Of a DNA stretch of 64,000 bases, positions 46,781-58,558 are shown piece after piece. Numbering within the stretch: position 1 is the stretch's first letter; each line of letters opens with the position of its first letter. Both the position numbers and the translations under genes were made by a program. Below the pieces are notes generated by a model. That model was not told the DNA's origin. It saw only the letters and a list, made by a program, of their open reading frames with translations, and searched no databases. Source of the stretch: Gemmatimonadota bacterium (GTDB taxonomy: Bacteria; Gemmatimonadota; Gemmatimonadetes; Gemmatimonadales; GWC2-71-9); assembly GCA_039591655.1 (NCBI GenBank), contig JBDHDE010000009.1:1-64000 (forward strand). Reading direction: 5' to 3'.

Positions 46781-48535
46781 ATGGAGATACTCGAGAGAGT
46801 CCTCGAATGGTTGTCTGGGCTGATCTGGGACCGCGGAATCCCGATCGGCGGCCAGGAGGTCCCCTGGGTCGTCGTAGCGCTGTTGGGAACCGGACTGTTC
46901 CTCACCATCCGCCTGGGCTTCATCCAGCTCCGCAAGCTGACCCACGGGTTCGCCGTCACCTCCGGAGTGTACGACGACCCCAACGAGCCGGGGGACGTCT
47001 CTCACTTCCAGGCCCTGACCACGGCCCTCTCGGCCACCGTGGGCATCGGCAACATCGCCGGCGTCGCCCTCGCCATTCACTGGGGCGGCCCGGGCGCGCT
47101 CTTCTGGATGTGGATGACCGCGCTGGTGGGCATGGCCACCAAGTACTCCGAGGTGACCCTCGCGCAGCACTACCGGCAGGTGGAGAAGGTCGACCTCGAC
47201 CCGTACAAGTGGGAGGGCTCGGTCTCAGGGGGGCCGATGTACTACATCGAGCGCGGCTTGGGGCAGCGGTGGCAGCCGCTGGCGGCGTTCTTCGCCCTCA
47301 TGCTGGGGACCACCGCGTTCCTCACCGGTAACGCCATCCAGGCCAACACGGTCGCCGATACCATGAGCAGCACGTTCGGCATCCCGGTGTGGATCACGGG
47401 GCTCGTGACGGCGTCCATCGTTGCGATGGTGATCATCGGCGGCATCACCCGGATCGGGAAGGTCACCGGCGTGCTCGCGCCTCTGATGGCCGCGATCTAC
47501 GTCCTCGGGGCGCTCGTCATCATCACGATGAACTACGATCAGGTGATCCCCGCGTTCGGGATCATCTTCCGGGAGGCGTTCAACCCGACGGCAGGCGTCG
47601 CCGGGACCGGGGTGGGCGTGTTCCTGCTCACCATGATCTGGGGCGTGAAGCGTGGTCTGTTCTCCAATGAGGCCGGCCAAGGCTCGGCTCCCATCGCGCA
47701 CGCGGCCGCCAGGACCGACGAGCCCGTATCCGAGGGCGTGGTGGCGCTGGTGGAGCCCTTCATCGACACCCTCGTGATCTGCACCATGACCGGCCTGGTG
47801 ATCATCATGACGGGCGTGTGGCAGGATAGGGTGAGCACCGAGATCGATCTCACCGGCGGCGACCTCTCGTATGTGAGCTACGAGCTCCAGGGCGGCCACC
47901 ACCAGATCGACAACCCGACGCAGATCGTGCTGGAGGACGGCCGCTACGTCGAGACCGAGCTGGGCTCGGCCCGAGTCGCATGGCACGAGGTACCCGTCGA
48001 GCCGCTTTGGGTAGACGCCGAGCAGGAGCAGCTGTTCAGCGGCGTCGTGTATCCCGACAGCGAGGTCGCCGTGGCGGCCGACGGCACGTCGTACGCGGCC
48101 CTCTTCGCCGAAGCGGCGGAAAGCGGGGCGCCGCTGACCATGCTGGGCTTCCAGCGCGGCCTCCCCGGCAACTTCGGACGCTACATTGTCGTGCTCAGCG
48201 TGTTCCTGTTCGCGATCTCCACGGCCATCGCGTGGAGCTATTACGGCGACCGATGCGCCAACTACCTGTTCGGCCACCGCGCGGTGTTGCCGTACAAGTT
48301 CGCGTTCGTGACCATGCACTTCGTAGGCGCCGTGCTCTCACTGTCGGTGGCCTGGACCCTGGGCGACGTCTTCCTGGGGATCGTGATCCTGCCAAACCTC
48401 TTGGCGCTGATCCTGCTCTCACCCAAGGTGGTGGAGCTCACGCGCAGTTACTTCCAGCGCAAGCCGTGGATAGAGAATCGCGAGGTGCACCGCCGGCTCA
48501 GGGAGGAGCAGCGGGCGCGGCGCCACCATCGGTAG
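46781..48535 (+). CDS. alanine/glycine:cation symporter (AGCS family)
   Basis: ATVGIGNIAGVA, GGPGALFWMW, RGLFSNEAGQGS, FIDT, WSYYG. Confidence 0.93.
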   Translation: MEILERVLEWLSGLIWDRGIPIGGQEVPWVVVALLGTGLFLTIRLGFIQLRKLTHGFAVTSGVYDDPNEPGDVSHFQALTTALSATVGIGNIAGVALAIHWGGPGALFWMWMTALVGMATKYSEVTLAQHYRQVEKVDLDPYKWEGSVSGGPMYYIERGLGQRWQPLAAFFALMLGTTAFLTGNAIQANTVADTMSSTFGIPVWITGLVTASIVAMVIIGGITRIGKVTGVLAPLMAAIYVLGALVIITMNYDQVIPAFGIIFREAFNPTAGVAGTGVGVFLLTMIWGVKRGLFSNEAGQGSAPIAHAAARTDEPVSEGVVALVEPFIDTLVICTMTGLVIIMTGVWQDRVSTEIDLTGGDLSYVSYELQGGHHQIDNPTQIVLEDGRYVETELGSARVAWHEVPVEPLWVDAEQEQLFSGVVYPDSEVAVAADGTSYAALFAEAAESGAPLTMLGFQRGLPGNFGRYIVVLSVFLFAISTAIAWSYYGDRCANYLFGHRAVLPYKFAFVTMHFVGAVLSLSVAWTLGDVFLGIVILPNLLALILLSPKVVELTRSYFQRKPWIENREVHRRLREEQRARRHHR

Positions 48536-48561
48536 CACCCCTCGGCGGACCGCCCACGAAG

Positions 48562-48592
48562 GAGCGCCCGGACCTACACGGTCCGGGCGCTC
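48562..48592. terminator. hairpin between convergent genes
   Basis: 13-bp perfect stem GAGCGCCCGGACC/GGTCCGGGCGCTC. Confidence 0.7.
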
Positions 48593-48623
48593 TGCATTAC
48601 GGCTGGCGGGACCGGTGTCCGGG

Positions 48624-50192
<1,569 letters not shown>

Positions 50193-50591
50193 TCAAGCGT
50201 CCTGGGGTTCTTCCTCCTCTTCGGGAGAGGCATCCTCGGAAGGCTCGCTCTCGGCCGGCGCCTCCTCGTCGGACGCCTCGTCGGACGCCTCGTCGGACGC
50301 CTGCGGGGTGAGTTCGTCGGCCACCACACGCCCCGCGGCGGCGAGCCCTTCCATGACCCGGCTCGCGGCATCCATCACCTGGGCTGCGCCCTTGGTGGCC
50401 ACATCACCCACCCGCACGCTGCCGACCCTGTCCTCGATGCTCTCGGCGAGGCGCTGTACGGTCGAGGGAGCCCGCCGGCTGTAGTTGTACTTCGAGTCCA
50501 GGAACTCCAGATAGTCGAGCAGCTGCCGACCTACCTCGTCGTCCAGCTCGTCCAGCCTACGCTCGATCTTGGATCGCAAGTTCTCGTTCAT
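50193..50591 (-). CDS. hypothetical protein with acidic tail
   Basis: AAGGAG RBS; three 12-bp tandem units encoding ASDE. Confidence 0.75.
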   Translation of the reverse strand: MNENLRSKIERRLDELDDEVGRQLLDYLEFLDSKYNYSRRAPSTVQRLAESIEDRVGSVRVGDVATKGAAQVMDAASRVMEGLAAAGRVVADELTPQASDEASDEASDEEAPAESEPSEDASPEEEEEPQDA

Positions 50592-50601
50592 GACCGCTCC
50601 T

Positions 50602-51648
50602 TCATTGCTCCCGCTCAGCCATCTCGACCAGGTCGAGCACCGGGTTCCCCAGATACTGCGACCGGGCCGTCCTGACCCGTCCGATGATCACCAGCTCGCT
50701 CAGCGGCTCGAGGCGCTCGAACCTGGCGAGCTGGACGTCGTCCACCACGATGTACACGAATCCGGCCTCCGGCAGCGGCCCGCGGGACAGCACGTAGCGT
50801 TGCCCTTCGGGAATCTCCTGCCGCAGCTCATCGGCCCGCTGAATTGCGATGAACTGCACGACCCACTGCAGGAGCTTGCCCTCGAACTCCCTAGGCCGCG
50901 AGCGCACCTCGGCGCCACTGACCCCCACCAGCACACCCGGTGTCGCAGGCCGGAGGTCGCTCTCCCGCACCCACCCCTCGGTCTGCACCCGCACCCACTC
51001 CCCGGAGCGCGCCAGCACGCGTACCGAGGCGTCGGGAGCGAGGACACCGGTGGGTACGCCGTCGGGCGTGCGATGCAACTGGGCGCTGTCGGACGTGACG
51101 GCCCGGTCCAATCGTGGTGCATCGGCGCCTTCACCCGCCGCCGTCGGCGCCGCTGACCGAGCGGGCAGCGCCTCTGCCGGGGCCGCCTGGGCCGAGGCCG
51201 CACGCTCCAGCGATCCCGCAAACATCCAGGCGGTGCGTCGCACGCGCACCCAGCCCGGCCGCCGCTCCAACTCGTCGAGCAGGCAGCCCGATGCGAGTCG
51301 GCCGAGGATCCTGCCGTTCGGCGCGGCCCGGATGTTCTCGCCCCGGTCGGCGGTAACCGACAGGTCGAACCCGGGGCGGCTCGTGGTCGCCACCGATTGC
51401 CCCCACACCCACCCCTCGAGGGTCACCCGCACCCAGCGGCCGGCCACGCTGTCCCCGGTCAGTGCGATGCCGGCATTCACCGTCGCCAGCTGCGCGGATT
51501 GCCCGGAGGGCTCGCGCCGAAAGTTCTCCGTGCGAAGTACGCGATAATCCTGCTGTGCCGCGAGGGGAACGATGCCCGACCCGAGGGTAAGCACCAACAG
51601 TGCGGCGCAGGCTGGTAGCGCTGGTAGGAGGTGGCTAGATTGCCTCAT
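50602..51648 (-). CDS. exported SH3b-domain protein
   Basis: Signal peptide; three W-V-R-V..(G)W motifs. Confidence 0.75.
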   Translation of the reverse strand: MRQSSHLLPALPACAALLVLTLGSGIVPLAAQQDYRVLRTENFRREPSGQSAQLATVNAGIALTGDSVAGRWVRVTLEGWVWGQSVATTSRPGFDLSVTADRGENIRAAPNGRILGRLASGCLLDELERRPGWVRVRRTAWMFAGSLERAASAQAAPAEALPARSAAPTAAGEGADAPRLDRAVTSDSAQLHRTPDGVPTGVLAPDASVRVLARSGEWVRVQTEGWVRESDLRPATPGVLVGVSGAEVRSRPREFEGKLLQWVVQFIAIQRADELRQEIPEGQRYVLSRGPLPEAGFVYIVVDDVQLARFERLEPLSELVIIGRVRTARSQYLGNPVLDLVEMAEREQ

Positions 51649-51687
51649 CCTCAGATTCCGACGAGAGTGTAGGAGCCGCATGGTTCG

Positions 51688-52419
51688 ATGGCAAACCCAC
51701 AAAGCTCCACTATAGTGTACACGATCAGGGCGGCCTGCGCCGCCCTCGCGCTCCTCTGGCCCACTCCCAGCGCGGCCCAGGCGGGGCACTCGCCGGAGTC
51801 ATCCCCATACAGCGACGTGCGCGCCAAGACCCTTTTGGGGCTCACCCTGGGATACACCAACGGCTCGGGGGGCAGCGTCGGGGTGGGTCCGGCCGAGGGG
51901 CCGATGGCGGGGGCCCGGGTGGACCTCTTGCTGGGCGGCCCCGTCCAGCTAGGCGTGAGCGCCATGGCCGGGAACCTCGACCGGACGCTCATCGACCCCA
52001 GCCAGCCGCCGGCGTCGCGGGTCGTGGGAAAGGACAAGCAGCAGATCCTGTTCCTGGAGGGATCCATCGGGCTAGTGTTCACCGGCAGGAAGACGTGGCA
52101 CGGGCTGGCTCCGTACATCGGAGGATCCCTGGGGCTCGCCTTCGGGAGCAGCGTGCCGGCGGACTCGCTCAGCGATTTCGAGTTCAAGACGAAGTTCACC
52201 ACCGCCATCCTCGCCGGCACCCGGTGGCATGTCGGCCGGCGCCTCGCATTCCGCTTCGAAGTACGGGACATGCTGTGGCAGTTGCGCTATCCCAGCTCGT
52301 TCTTCGACACGTCGAACCCGGACGCTCCACCTGTACTGGATCCCCGCGTGAGAGACGACACGGAGTGGACGCACAATCTCCAACTCTGGATCTCGTTGGG
52401 GTACGCCATCCGGATCTGA
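51688..52419 (+). CDS. hypothetical outer-membrane beta-barrel-like protein
   Basis: Signal peptide, alternating strands, PYIGGSLG. Confidence 0.65.
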   Translation: MANPQSSTIVYTIRAACAALALLWPTPSAAQAGHSPESSPYSDVRAKTLLGLTLGYTNGSGGSVGVGPAEGPMAGARVDLLLGGPVQLGVSAMAGNLDRTLIDPSQPPASRVVGKDKQQILFLEGSIGLVFTGRKTWHGLAPYIGGSLGLAFGSSVPADSLSDFEFKTKFTTAILAGTRWHVGRRLAFRFEVRDMLWQLRYPSSFFDTSNPDAPPVLDPRVRDDTEWTHNLQLWISLGYAIRI

Positions 52420-52422
52420 CCC

Positions 52423-53118
52423 TTGGAGTTCTTCGCAGACGGCCTGCGGCGCGGCGTCGAGCTGATCCTGGGGGGCGATGCCGAGGTGTTCGACATCACC
52501 CTCCTATCCCTGCGCGTTGCTCTCATCTCCACCATCCTCGCCTGCGGCATCGGCGTCCCCGTCGGGTTCATGGTGGGCACCACCCGCTTCTGGGGCCGCC
52601 GGGCGGCCATCACGGTCCTGAACACGATGCTGGCCTTCCCCACCGTGGTGGTCGGCGTCCTGGTCTGGGGGCTCCTCTCCCGCCGCGGGCCGCTGGGCGG
52701 CGCCGAGCTGCTGTACACCTGGTGGGCCATCGTGATCGCCGAAGTGGTGCTGGCGGCGCCCATCGCGGCGGCCCTCACCGCCGCCGCGGTGCAGGGCATC
52801 GATGCCCGGGTGCGACGCACGGCCCTCACACTGGGCGCGAGCCCCCTCAGGGCCCATCTGGCGGTGGCCCGGGTCGCCCGGTTCGCCTTGCTCGCCGCCG
52901 TGGTCGTCGCGTTCGGTCGGGTCCTGGCTGAGGTTGGAGCCGCCATGATCGTGGGCGGCAACATCCGGCACCACACACGGACCCTGACCACGGCCGTCGC
53001 CCTGGCCACCTCCCAGGGTGACTTCCCGTTGGCCGTGGCGCTGGGCCTGGTGCTCCTCGCCCTCGCCCTCACCGTCAACGTCCTGCTGCAACTATTCCAG
53101 GGTCGAGGCGATGCTTAG
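52423..53118 (+). CDS. tungstate ABC transporter permease (TupB-like)
   Basis: FGRVLAEVGAAMIVGGNI...TRTLTTA. Confidence 0.88.
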   Translation: MEFFADGLRRGVELILGGDAEVFDITLLSLRVALISTILACGIGVPVGFMVGTTRFWGRRAAITVLNTMLAFPTVVVGVLVWGLLSRRGPLGGAELLYTWWAIVIAEVVLAAPIAAALTAAAVQGIDARVRRTALTLGASPLRAHLAVARVARFALLAAVVVAFGRVLAEVGAAMIVGGNIRHHTRTLTTAVALATSQGDFPLAVALGLVLLALALTVNVLLQLFQGRGDA

Positions 53119-54106
53119 CGCCCGCAACGTCCACCACGCGTACGCGGGCAGGACGGTGCTCTCCCTCGAGGCGTTCGACCTCGAAGCCGGATCGGTGACG
53201 GCGCTCGTCGGTCCGAACGGCGCCGGCAAGAGCACTCTGCTGCGCATCCTCGCGGTGCTGGAGCGGCCGGACGCAGGCACCCTGAGCCTGGACGGGCGCC
53301 CCCTGGTGAGCGCGGCCGACCGGCGCTGGGCGCGCCGCCATGTGACCCTGGTGGAGCAGCACCCGTACCTCTTTGGCGGAACCGTGCGGCACAACCTTCA
53401 CTACGCGCTGTCGCTGCAGGGGATTCGCGGCCCGGAGGCGGCGCGGCGGACCGAGGCCGCCCTGGACCGACTCCACGCCGTGGAGCTGGCCGAGCGTCCG
53501 GCGGGCGACCTCAGCGCCGGCGAGATCCAGCGGGTGGCCGTGGCGCGGGCACTGGTCCTGGAGCCCAAGGTCCTGCTGCTCGACGAACCAGCCGGCGTGG
53601 CCGACAGGGCCACCCTCGCGCGCCTATATCAGACCTTGGCGGAAGAGCAGGAGCAGGGCACGGCCCTGTGTTTTGCCTCACACCAGCTGGAGAACGCGTA
53701 CCGCTGGTCGGACCGGCTGCTGGCCTTGGCCGAGGGGCGTGCCAGTCAAGTCACCCCGGAGAACCTGTTCCGCACCGTGGTGCCTGAGGGCGAGGGCCCG
53801 AAGACCGTCCGGGTCGGCTCCCTCGACGTCCAAGTAGTGACCGACCGCTCGGGACCCGCGACCCTCGCGATCCCGCCCGATGAGATCCTGGTGAGCTTGA
53901 GCCCGCTCCGATCCAGCGCCCGGAACGCGTTCCGCGGCAGCGTGACGCGCCTGGCGGAGGACGGCCGGGGCGGGGTCACCCTGACCGTAGACGTGGGGGT
54001 CGATCTCGCCGCGCGCATCACACGCTCCGCCCTGGACGAGCTGGGGCTGCATATCGGCTCGGAGGTCGTGCTTTCCTTCAAGGTCATGGCCGTGCGGGTG
54101 TTCTGA
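53111..54106 (+). CDS. ABC transporter ATP-binding protein with TOBE domain (TupC-like)
   Basis: GPNGAGKST, LSAGE, LLLDEP, SSARN, ARITRS. Confidence 0.88.
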   Translation: MLSARNVHHAYAGRTVLSLEAFDLEAGSVTALVGPNGAGKSTLLRILAVLERPDAGTLSLDGRPLVSAADRRWARRHVTLVEQHPYLFGGTVRHNLHYALSLQGIRGPEAARRTEAALDRLHAVELAERPAGDLSAGEIQRVAVARALVLEPKVLLLDEPAGVADRATLARLYQTLAEEQEQGTALCFASHQLENAYRWSDRLLALAEGRASQVTPENLFRTVVPEGEGPKTVRVGSLDVQVVTDRSGPATLAIPPDEILVSLSPLRSSARNAFRGSVTRLAEDGRGGVTLTVDVGVDLAARITRSALDELGLHIGSEVVLSFKVMAVRVF

Positions 54107-54126
54107 TGCGACACTACATTGTCGAT

Positions 54127-54552
54127 ATGCCTACAGTGCGCTTGACCCGCGTCGTCGAGTTCAGCGCGGCGCATCGGTACTTTCGCCCCGAGTGGTCGGC
54201 CGAGCGGAACTCCGAGGCGTTCGGCGCTTGCGGCAGCGAGTACGGGCACGGCCATCGGTACGAGTGCGCCGTGACGGTGGAGGGGCCTGTGGACGGCGAC
54301 ACCTCGATGGTGATGAACCTCGACGCCCTGGATCGGGTATTGCGGGAAGAGGTCACTGAACGCTTCGACCACCGGCACCTGAACTACGACGTACCGGAAT
54401 TCGCCTTCGGCAAGACGGTGCCGACGGCAGAGGCGCTGGCCATCCACATCTGGGATCGGATCGCGCCGCGGCTCCCCTCGGGGGTACGCCTCCAGCACAT
54501 CCGGGTCCAGGAGGAACCGCATCTCTATGCCGAATACGACGGTGGCGCGTAG
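54127..54552 (+). CDS. 6-carboxytetrahydropterin synthase / PTPS family
   Basis: FSAAH, C...YGHGHRY, FDHRHLN, PTAE; alternative start at 54106. Confidence 0.88.
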   Translation: MPTVRLTRVVEFSAAHRYFRPEWSAERNSEAFGACGSEYGHGHRYECAVTVEGPVDGDTSMVMNLDALDRVLREEVTERFDHRHLNYDVPEFAFGKTVPTAEALAIHIWDRIAPRLPSGVRLQHIRVQEEPHLYAEYDGGA

Positions 54553-55354
54553 CACCGCCCTGCTCTGCCTCGCGGCGGCCATGGGCGCCGCGCCCCTCCC
54601 CGCCCAGGAGCGCTCCCAGCCGCGGCTCTTCCTGACGATCAATGCCGGCATCGTGTTCGGCGGCGACCTCTGGACGCTCCCAGAGCAGCCGGTGGCCATC
54701 ATCGGAGGGGGCGGCTTCGACTTCGACACGATGCGCATTGCGCGTCGGCTGAACCCGGGTCTGGCCGCTGGACTCACGGCGGCCTTGTTCATGAGCAGAC
54801 ACTTCGGGCTCACCTTCGAGGCGATGTACCTCGGTCAGCACATCGATGACGACTGTACCATGGTGGCCGAGAACGCCGCCCTCGACCCGCAGCGTCGCAA
54901 CGCACAGGTGTGCAGGAGCATCACACAGAAGGAGACGTCGGTGGCAACGACGGGGTTCTACCTGGGTGCCATGTATCGCTTCGCTCCCGGGGGCTTTGCC
55001 ACGCCGTTTCTCCGCGTCCAGGGCGGGGTCTCGCTTCGCAACACGAGCGTCGTCGAGACATCCGGGGCCTTCCTCGATGCGGACGGCACCGTTCGAGATC
55101 GGGTGATAATCGTGGACCCCGACGACAGCTACACCGCGCCCACGATGGCCATATCGGCTGGGGTGATGATCCCCGTCAGTCCCGGCTACCAGTTCACTCT
55201 GGAGGTCCGGGACCACATCATTCGCATGCAGCGCGTTACGGGACCGGCGGTCGCCCCGGCGAGGCACCCTACCGAGGGGTTCTACGACCACGCCATCACC
55301 GTGACAGTCGGCTTTAGCATCGTGCTGGAGAAGAAACGCGGCAGGAGATACTGA
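54527..55354 (+). CDS. hypothetical outer-membrane beta-barrel-like protein
   Basis: Signal peptide, alternating strands, basic C-terminus. Confidence 0.7.
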   Translation: MPNTTVARSTALLCLAAAMGAAPLPAQERSQPRLFLTINAGIVFGGDLWTLPEQPVAIIGGGGFDFDTMRIARRLNPGLAAGLTAALFMSRHFGLTFEAMYLGQHIDDDCTMVAENAALDPQRRNAQVCRSITQKETSVATTGFYLGAMYRFAPGGFATPFLRVQGGVSLRNTSVVETSGAFLDADGTVRDRVIIVDPDDSYTAPTMAISAGVMIPVSPGYQFTLEVRDHIIRMQRVTGPAVAPARHPTEGFYDHAITVTVGFSIVLEKKRGRRY

Positions 55355-55357
55355 CTA

Positions 55358-55972
55358 ATGCGGAGCGCCGTGCTCGCGGGCGGCACTGCCAGTCGTTTCG
55401 GCGGACGCCCCAAAGGACTCGAGAAGGTCGGTGGGGTGCGGATCCTGGACCGTGTCGTGGAGGTCGCGACCGTCGCCACGGGAGCATCCCCCGTCCTCGT
55501 CGCCAATGCACCCGAGGCACAGCAGTGGATTGACGGCATCGGGACGGTCGCCGACATCGTCCAGAATGCCGGCAGCCTCGGCGGCATCTACACCGCCGTC
55601 AGCTCGGGTGAGGGACCGGTGCTGGTCGTGGCATGGGACATGCCGTTCCTCACCGTGGAGCTCGTCGAAGCGCTGGTGAACGGCGCCGGCGACTACGACA
55701 TCTTCCTGCCCGAGAGCACCGGGCCCCTGGGGGTGGAGCCGCTCTGCGCGATCTACGGCCCCGGCACCACGGAGCCGATCCAGCGGAGCCTCCTGCACGA
55801 AGACCTCCGTAGCACCAAGTTCCACGACGAGGTGCGCCGGGGCACCCTTCCCCTCGATGAGGTGAGAGCGTTCGGCGATCCGGACGTCCTGTTCTTCAAC
55901 GTGAACGACCCGCAGGACCTGCAGCGCGCCGAGGAGCTGTGGCGCGGTCAACACGAGACCCCACGCGCCTGA
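55358..55972 (+). CDS. mobA: molybdenum cofactor guanylyltransferase
   Basis: LAGG.ASRFG..K, DMPF, EPLCAIY, FFNVNDP. Confidence 0.92.
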   Translation: MRSAVLAGGTASRFGGRPKGLEKVGGVRILDRVVEVATVATGASPVLVANAPEAQQWIDGIGTVADIVQNAGSLGGIYTAVSSGEGPVLVVAWDMPFLTVELVEALVNGAGDYDIFLPESTGPLGVEPLCAIYGPGTTEPIQRSLLHEDLRSTKFHDEVRRGTLPLDEVRAFGDPDVLFFNVNDPQDLQRAEELWRGQHETPRA

Positions 55973-57213
55973 CCCCGGGCGAGGCCGCCCGGGCCATTCT
56001 CGCCGAACTCCAGCCGCTCCCGGCCGAGCCGGTCCAGCTGCGGGAGGTCCGCGGCAGGGTGCTCGCGGCCCGCATCGTGAGCCCGCTGGACATCCCCCCG
56101 TGGAACAACTCCGCCATGGACGGCTATGCCGTGCGGAGCGAAGACGTCCGGGGACGCGTGCGCGGCGACGGCGTGGTGCTGCGGATCGTAGAGGAGATCG
56201 CCGCCGGTGCGTTTCCCACCAGGGCGCTCGAGCCGGGAGAATGCGCCCGCATCTTCACCGGCGCCGCGGTCCCCGAGGGCGCCGACACCGTGATCCGGCA
56301 GGAGCACACGACTGCGCTGGAGGGGGGCCGCGTGCGCATCGAGGACGAGCGCGACGCGGGACGCAACGTGCGCGCTCGCGGGGAGGACATCGCCCGTGAC
56401 GCAGTCGTCTTCGAGCCAGGCACCGAGATCGGACCGGCACAGGTCGCTGTCCTTGCCTCGCTGGCGATGCCCGAGGTGGAAGTGCATCGGCGGCCCACGG
56501 TGGCTATTCTCGGCTCCGGCGACGAGATCGCCGACCTGGATGAGCGCGCGGCGATTCTGGCCGGCCGCAAGATCGCCTCGTCCAACACCTACGGCATGCG
56601 GGCCGCGCTCGAGGAGGCGGGTGGCGCGCTGCTCGACCTGGGGATCGCCCGGGACGACCCCGCCGATTTGAAGCTGCGTCTGGACGAGGCCACGCAGGCC
56701 GACCTGCTGGTCACGTCCGGTGGAATGAGCGTCGGGACCCACGACCACCTGCGGTCCATCCTGGAGGAATCCGGGACTGCGACGAAGTTCTGGTGGCTCC
56801 GATCCCGACCCGGCGCGCCGGTGGGCTTCGGTCTACTGGGCAGCCTCCCGTGGATCGGCCTTCCGGGGAATCCGGTGAGCACGATGGTGACGTTCGAGCT
56901 CTTCGTGCGGCCTGCAGTGCGGAGGCTCCTGGGTCATTCGCGACCGTTCCGCCGCACCGTGGCCGTACGGGTGGGGGAGCCGATCACGACGCCGGCGCGG
57001 CTGACGCACTTCCTGCGCGTGCGCCTCACGGACGAGCATGGCGAGCCAGTCGCCCGTCTCACCGGCCCCCAGGGCTCGGGGCTCCTCACCTCCATGGCCC
57101 GGGCCGATGCCCTGTTAATCGTGCCGGAGGACGTCTCGGAGGTGGCGGCCGGAGCGACGCTCCAGGCCCTGGTGCTCACCGACGGGGTGCACCTGGAGGA
57201 GGTGCCGTTCTAG
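55939..57213 (+). CDS. moeA: molybdopterin molybdotransferase
   Basis: SAMDGYA, IFTGA.VP.GAD, SGDEI, SGGMSVG, GLPGNP. Confidence 0.95.
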   Translation: MARSTRDPTRLTPGEAARAILAELQPLPAEPVQLREVRGRVLAARIVSPLDIPPWNNSAMDGYAVRSEDVRGRVRGDGVVLRIVEEIAAGAFPTRALEPGECARIFTGAAVPEGADTVIRQEHTTALEGGRVRIEDERDAGRNVRARGEDIARDAVVFEPGTEIGPAQVAVLASLAMPEVEVHRRPTVAILGSGDEIADLDERAAILAGRKIASSNTYGMRAALEEAGGALLDLGIARDDPADLKLRLDEATQADLLVTSGGMSVGTHDHLRSILEESGTATKFWWLRSRPGAPVGFGLLGSLPWIGLPGNPVSTMVTFELFVRPAVRRLLGHSRPFRRTVAVRVGEPITTPARLTHFLRVRLTDEHGEPVARLTGPQGSGLLTSMARADALLIVPEDVSEVAAGATLQALVLTDGVHLEEVPF

Positions 57214-57749
57214 CTACGCGCTGGCCCGCCCCGGTTGAAGAGCTGGATGAGCGCGCTGATGTGGGCCAGATGATGGTCATCGTGTTCAGCCTGGAAGAAC
57301 ATCATGTCGCACACGCGCATTGGCGTGTTCAGACGCGGATGCAGTGCCGACCTTCCGAAGTCTTGCCGCTCGAAACTCTCCAGCCTGCCCACGAGCCGCA
57401 TTCGCTCTCGCCGAAACGCCGCGAGAATCGCTTCGATGCCACCGCGGTTGTGGCCCGCCTCGTGGGTCTTTCGGTTACTCATGTCGGCGGGGCGCAGGGC
57501 GGACGCCCCACCTTCGAAGTCATCGAGCCGTCCCAGGAACAACTCCTCCAGATCCCACAGGTGTCCCGCGTGCTCCTGGATCGACCACCTCTCACCGTCC
57601 CGCTGCGCCAGCACCTCCGGAGACAGGCTGCGGATGCGCTCCTCGAGCCTTGCCGGGGTGCCCCGCAGCCGCTCCAACAACTGTGGTGCCAGCTCCACCG
57701 GGAAGTCGAACTCGAAGGTTCTGTCGATCCACCGCGTACCGGGATTCAT
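57210..57749 (-). CDS. DinB family protein
   Basis: WSIQEHAGHL, EHDDHHL. Confidence 0.88.
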   Translation of the reverse strand: MNPGTRWIDRTFEFDFPVELAPQLLERLRGTPARLEERIRSLSPEVLAQRDGERWSIQEHAGHLWDLEELFLGRLDDFEGGASALRPADMSNRKTHEAGHNRGGIEAILAAFRRERMRLVGRLESFERQDFGRSALHPRLNTPMRVCDMMFFQAEHDDHHLAHISALIQLFNRGGPARS

Positions 57750-57830
57750 CGATGCTGTTCCCTCTCTTCGTTTGGTGACTCCGAGGTGTCTACAGGCGTC
57801 CTAGAGGCCAGTACGAAGACCAGTTCCACG

Positions 57831-58481
57831 TCACCGACCGTCCTTGCGGCCGGTCCGTAGCTTGTTGCCAACCTCGCGAACCACGCGCCGCGCCAGCACA
57901 TCCTCGTGCTTCCGCATGAACTCCTCCACCGTCCCAGGCTCCCTCACTGCCAGGGCCCGGAGCGCCCATGACATCGCCTTCACCACCATGTCGTCCTGGT
58001 CCTCCAGCAGCAGACGGCATACAGCCAGCGTGCGTCGTGCGTCTCCCTTCCCCCCATGCGCCTTGACGTTGAGCGGTACCGTGCTGACCAGCGCCGCCCG
58101 CCGCCACCAGCGATTCCGCGAGCAGGCCCACCGGTGAATCACGGCGTCCGCCACCTGACGCTCGCGCCAGGCCGGACCGGCTACTCCTGCGAATGAGTCG
58201 ACATCACCCCAGCCGCGCATGTGCTTGCCAAGGCGCTGGAGATCGCGGGCACGCACGAGGGAGAGCGCCGAGGGGTGATAGCGGATGAGCTCGTAGGCGA
58301 CCGGGTAGGCGCCGGGCGGGCCCTGCTCAACGAGGCGCACCGCGAGGTCGATGACGACCCTTCCCGGCGCCGCCGCAACCTGCTTCGAGACATCGCGCCG
58401 CACCGACCGCAGAGATGCCGCGTTGGGCGTCTTCAGTCTCTTGAGGTGCCGGGCCACATCTGCCGCTAGGGGTGTGCCCAT
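57831..58481 (-). CDS. DNA alkylation repair protein (AlkD-like)
   Basis: W..VD, WACS.N.WWRRAA, DDMVVKAMSWALR. Confidence 0.88.
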   Translation of the reverse strand: MGTPLAADVARHLKRLKTPNAASLRSVRRDVSKQVAAAPGRVVIDLAVRLVEQGPPGAYPVAYELIRYHPSALSLVRARDLQRLGKHMRGWGDVDSFAGVAGPAWRERQVADAVIHRWACSRNRWWRRAALVSTVPLNVKAHGGKGDARRTLAVCRLLLEDQDDMVVKAMSWALRALAVREPGTVEEFMRKHEDVLARRVVREVGNKLRTGRKDGR

Positions 58482-58558
58482 TGTCCGCTAGAGAGCCGCA
58501 CGTTCCTCCCGGCTCAGTGCACGGCGTACGACGCGCGGCTCTACTGAAGTCCCCTGGG

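Noticed and set aside
50270..50302. 12-bp tandem repeat as a regulatory or mobile feature
   Set aside because: In-frame ASDE repeat in a disordered acidic tail.
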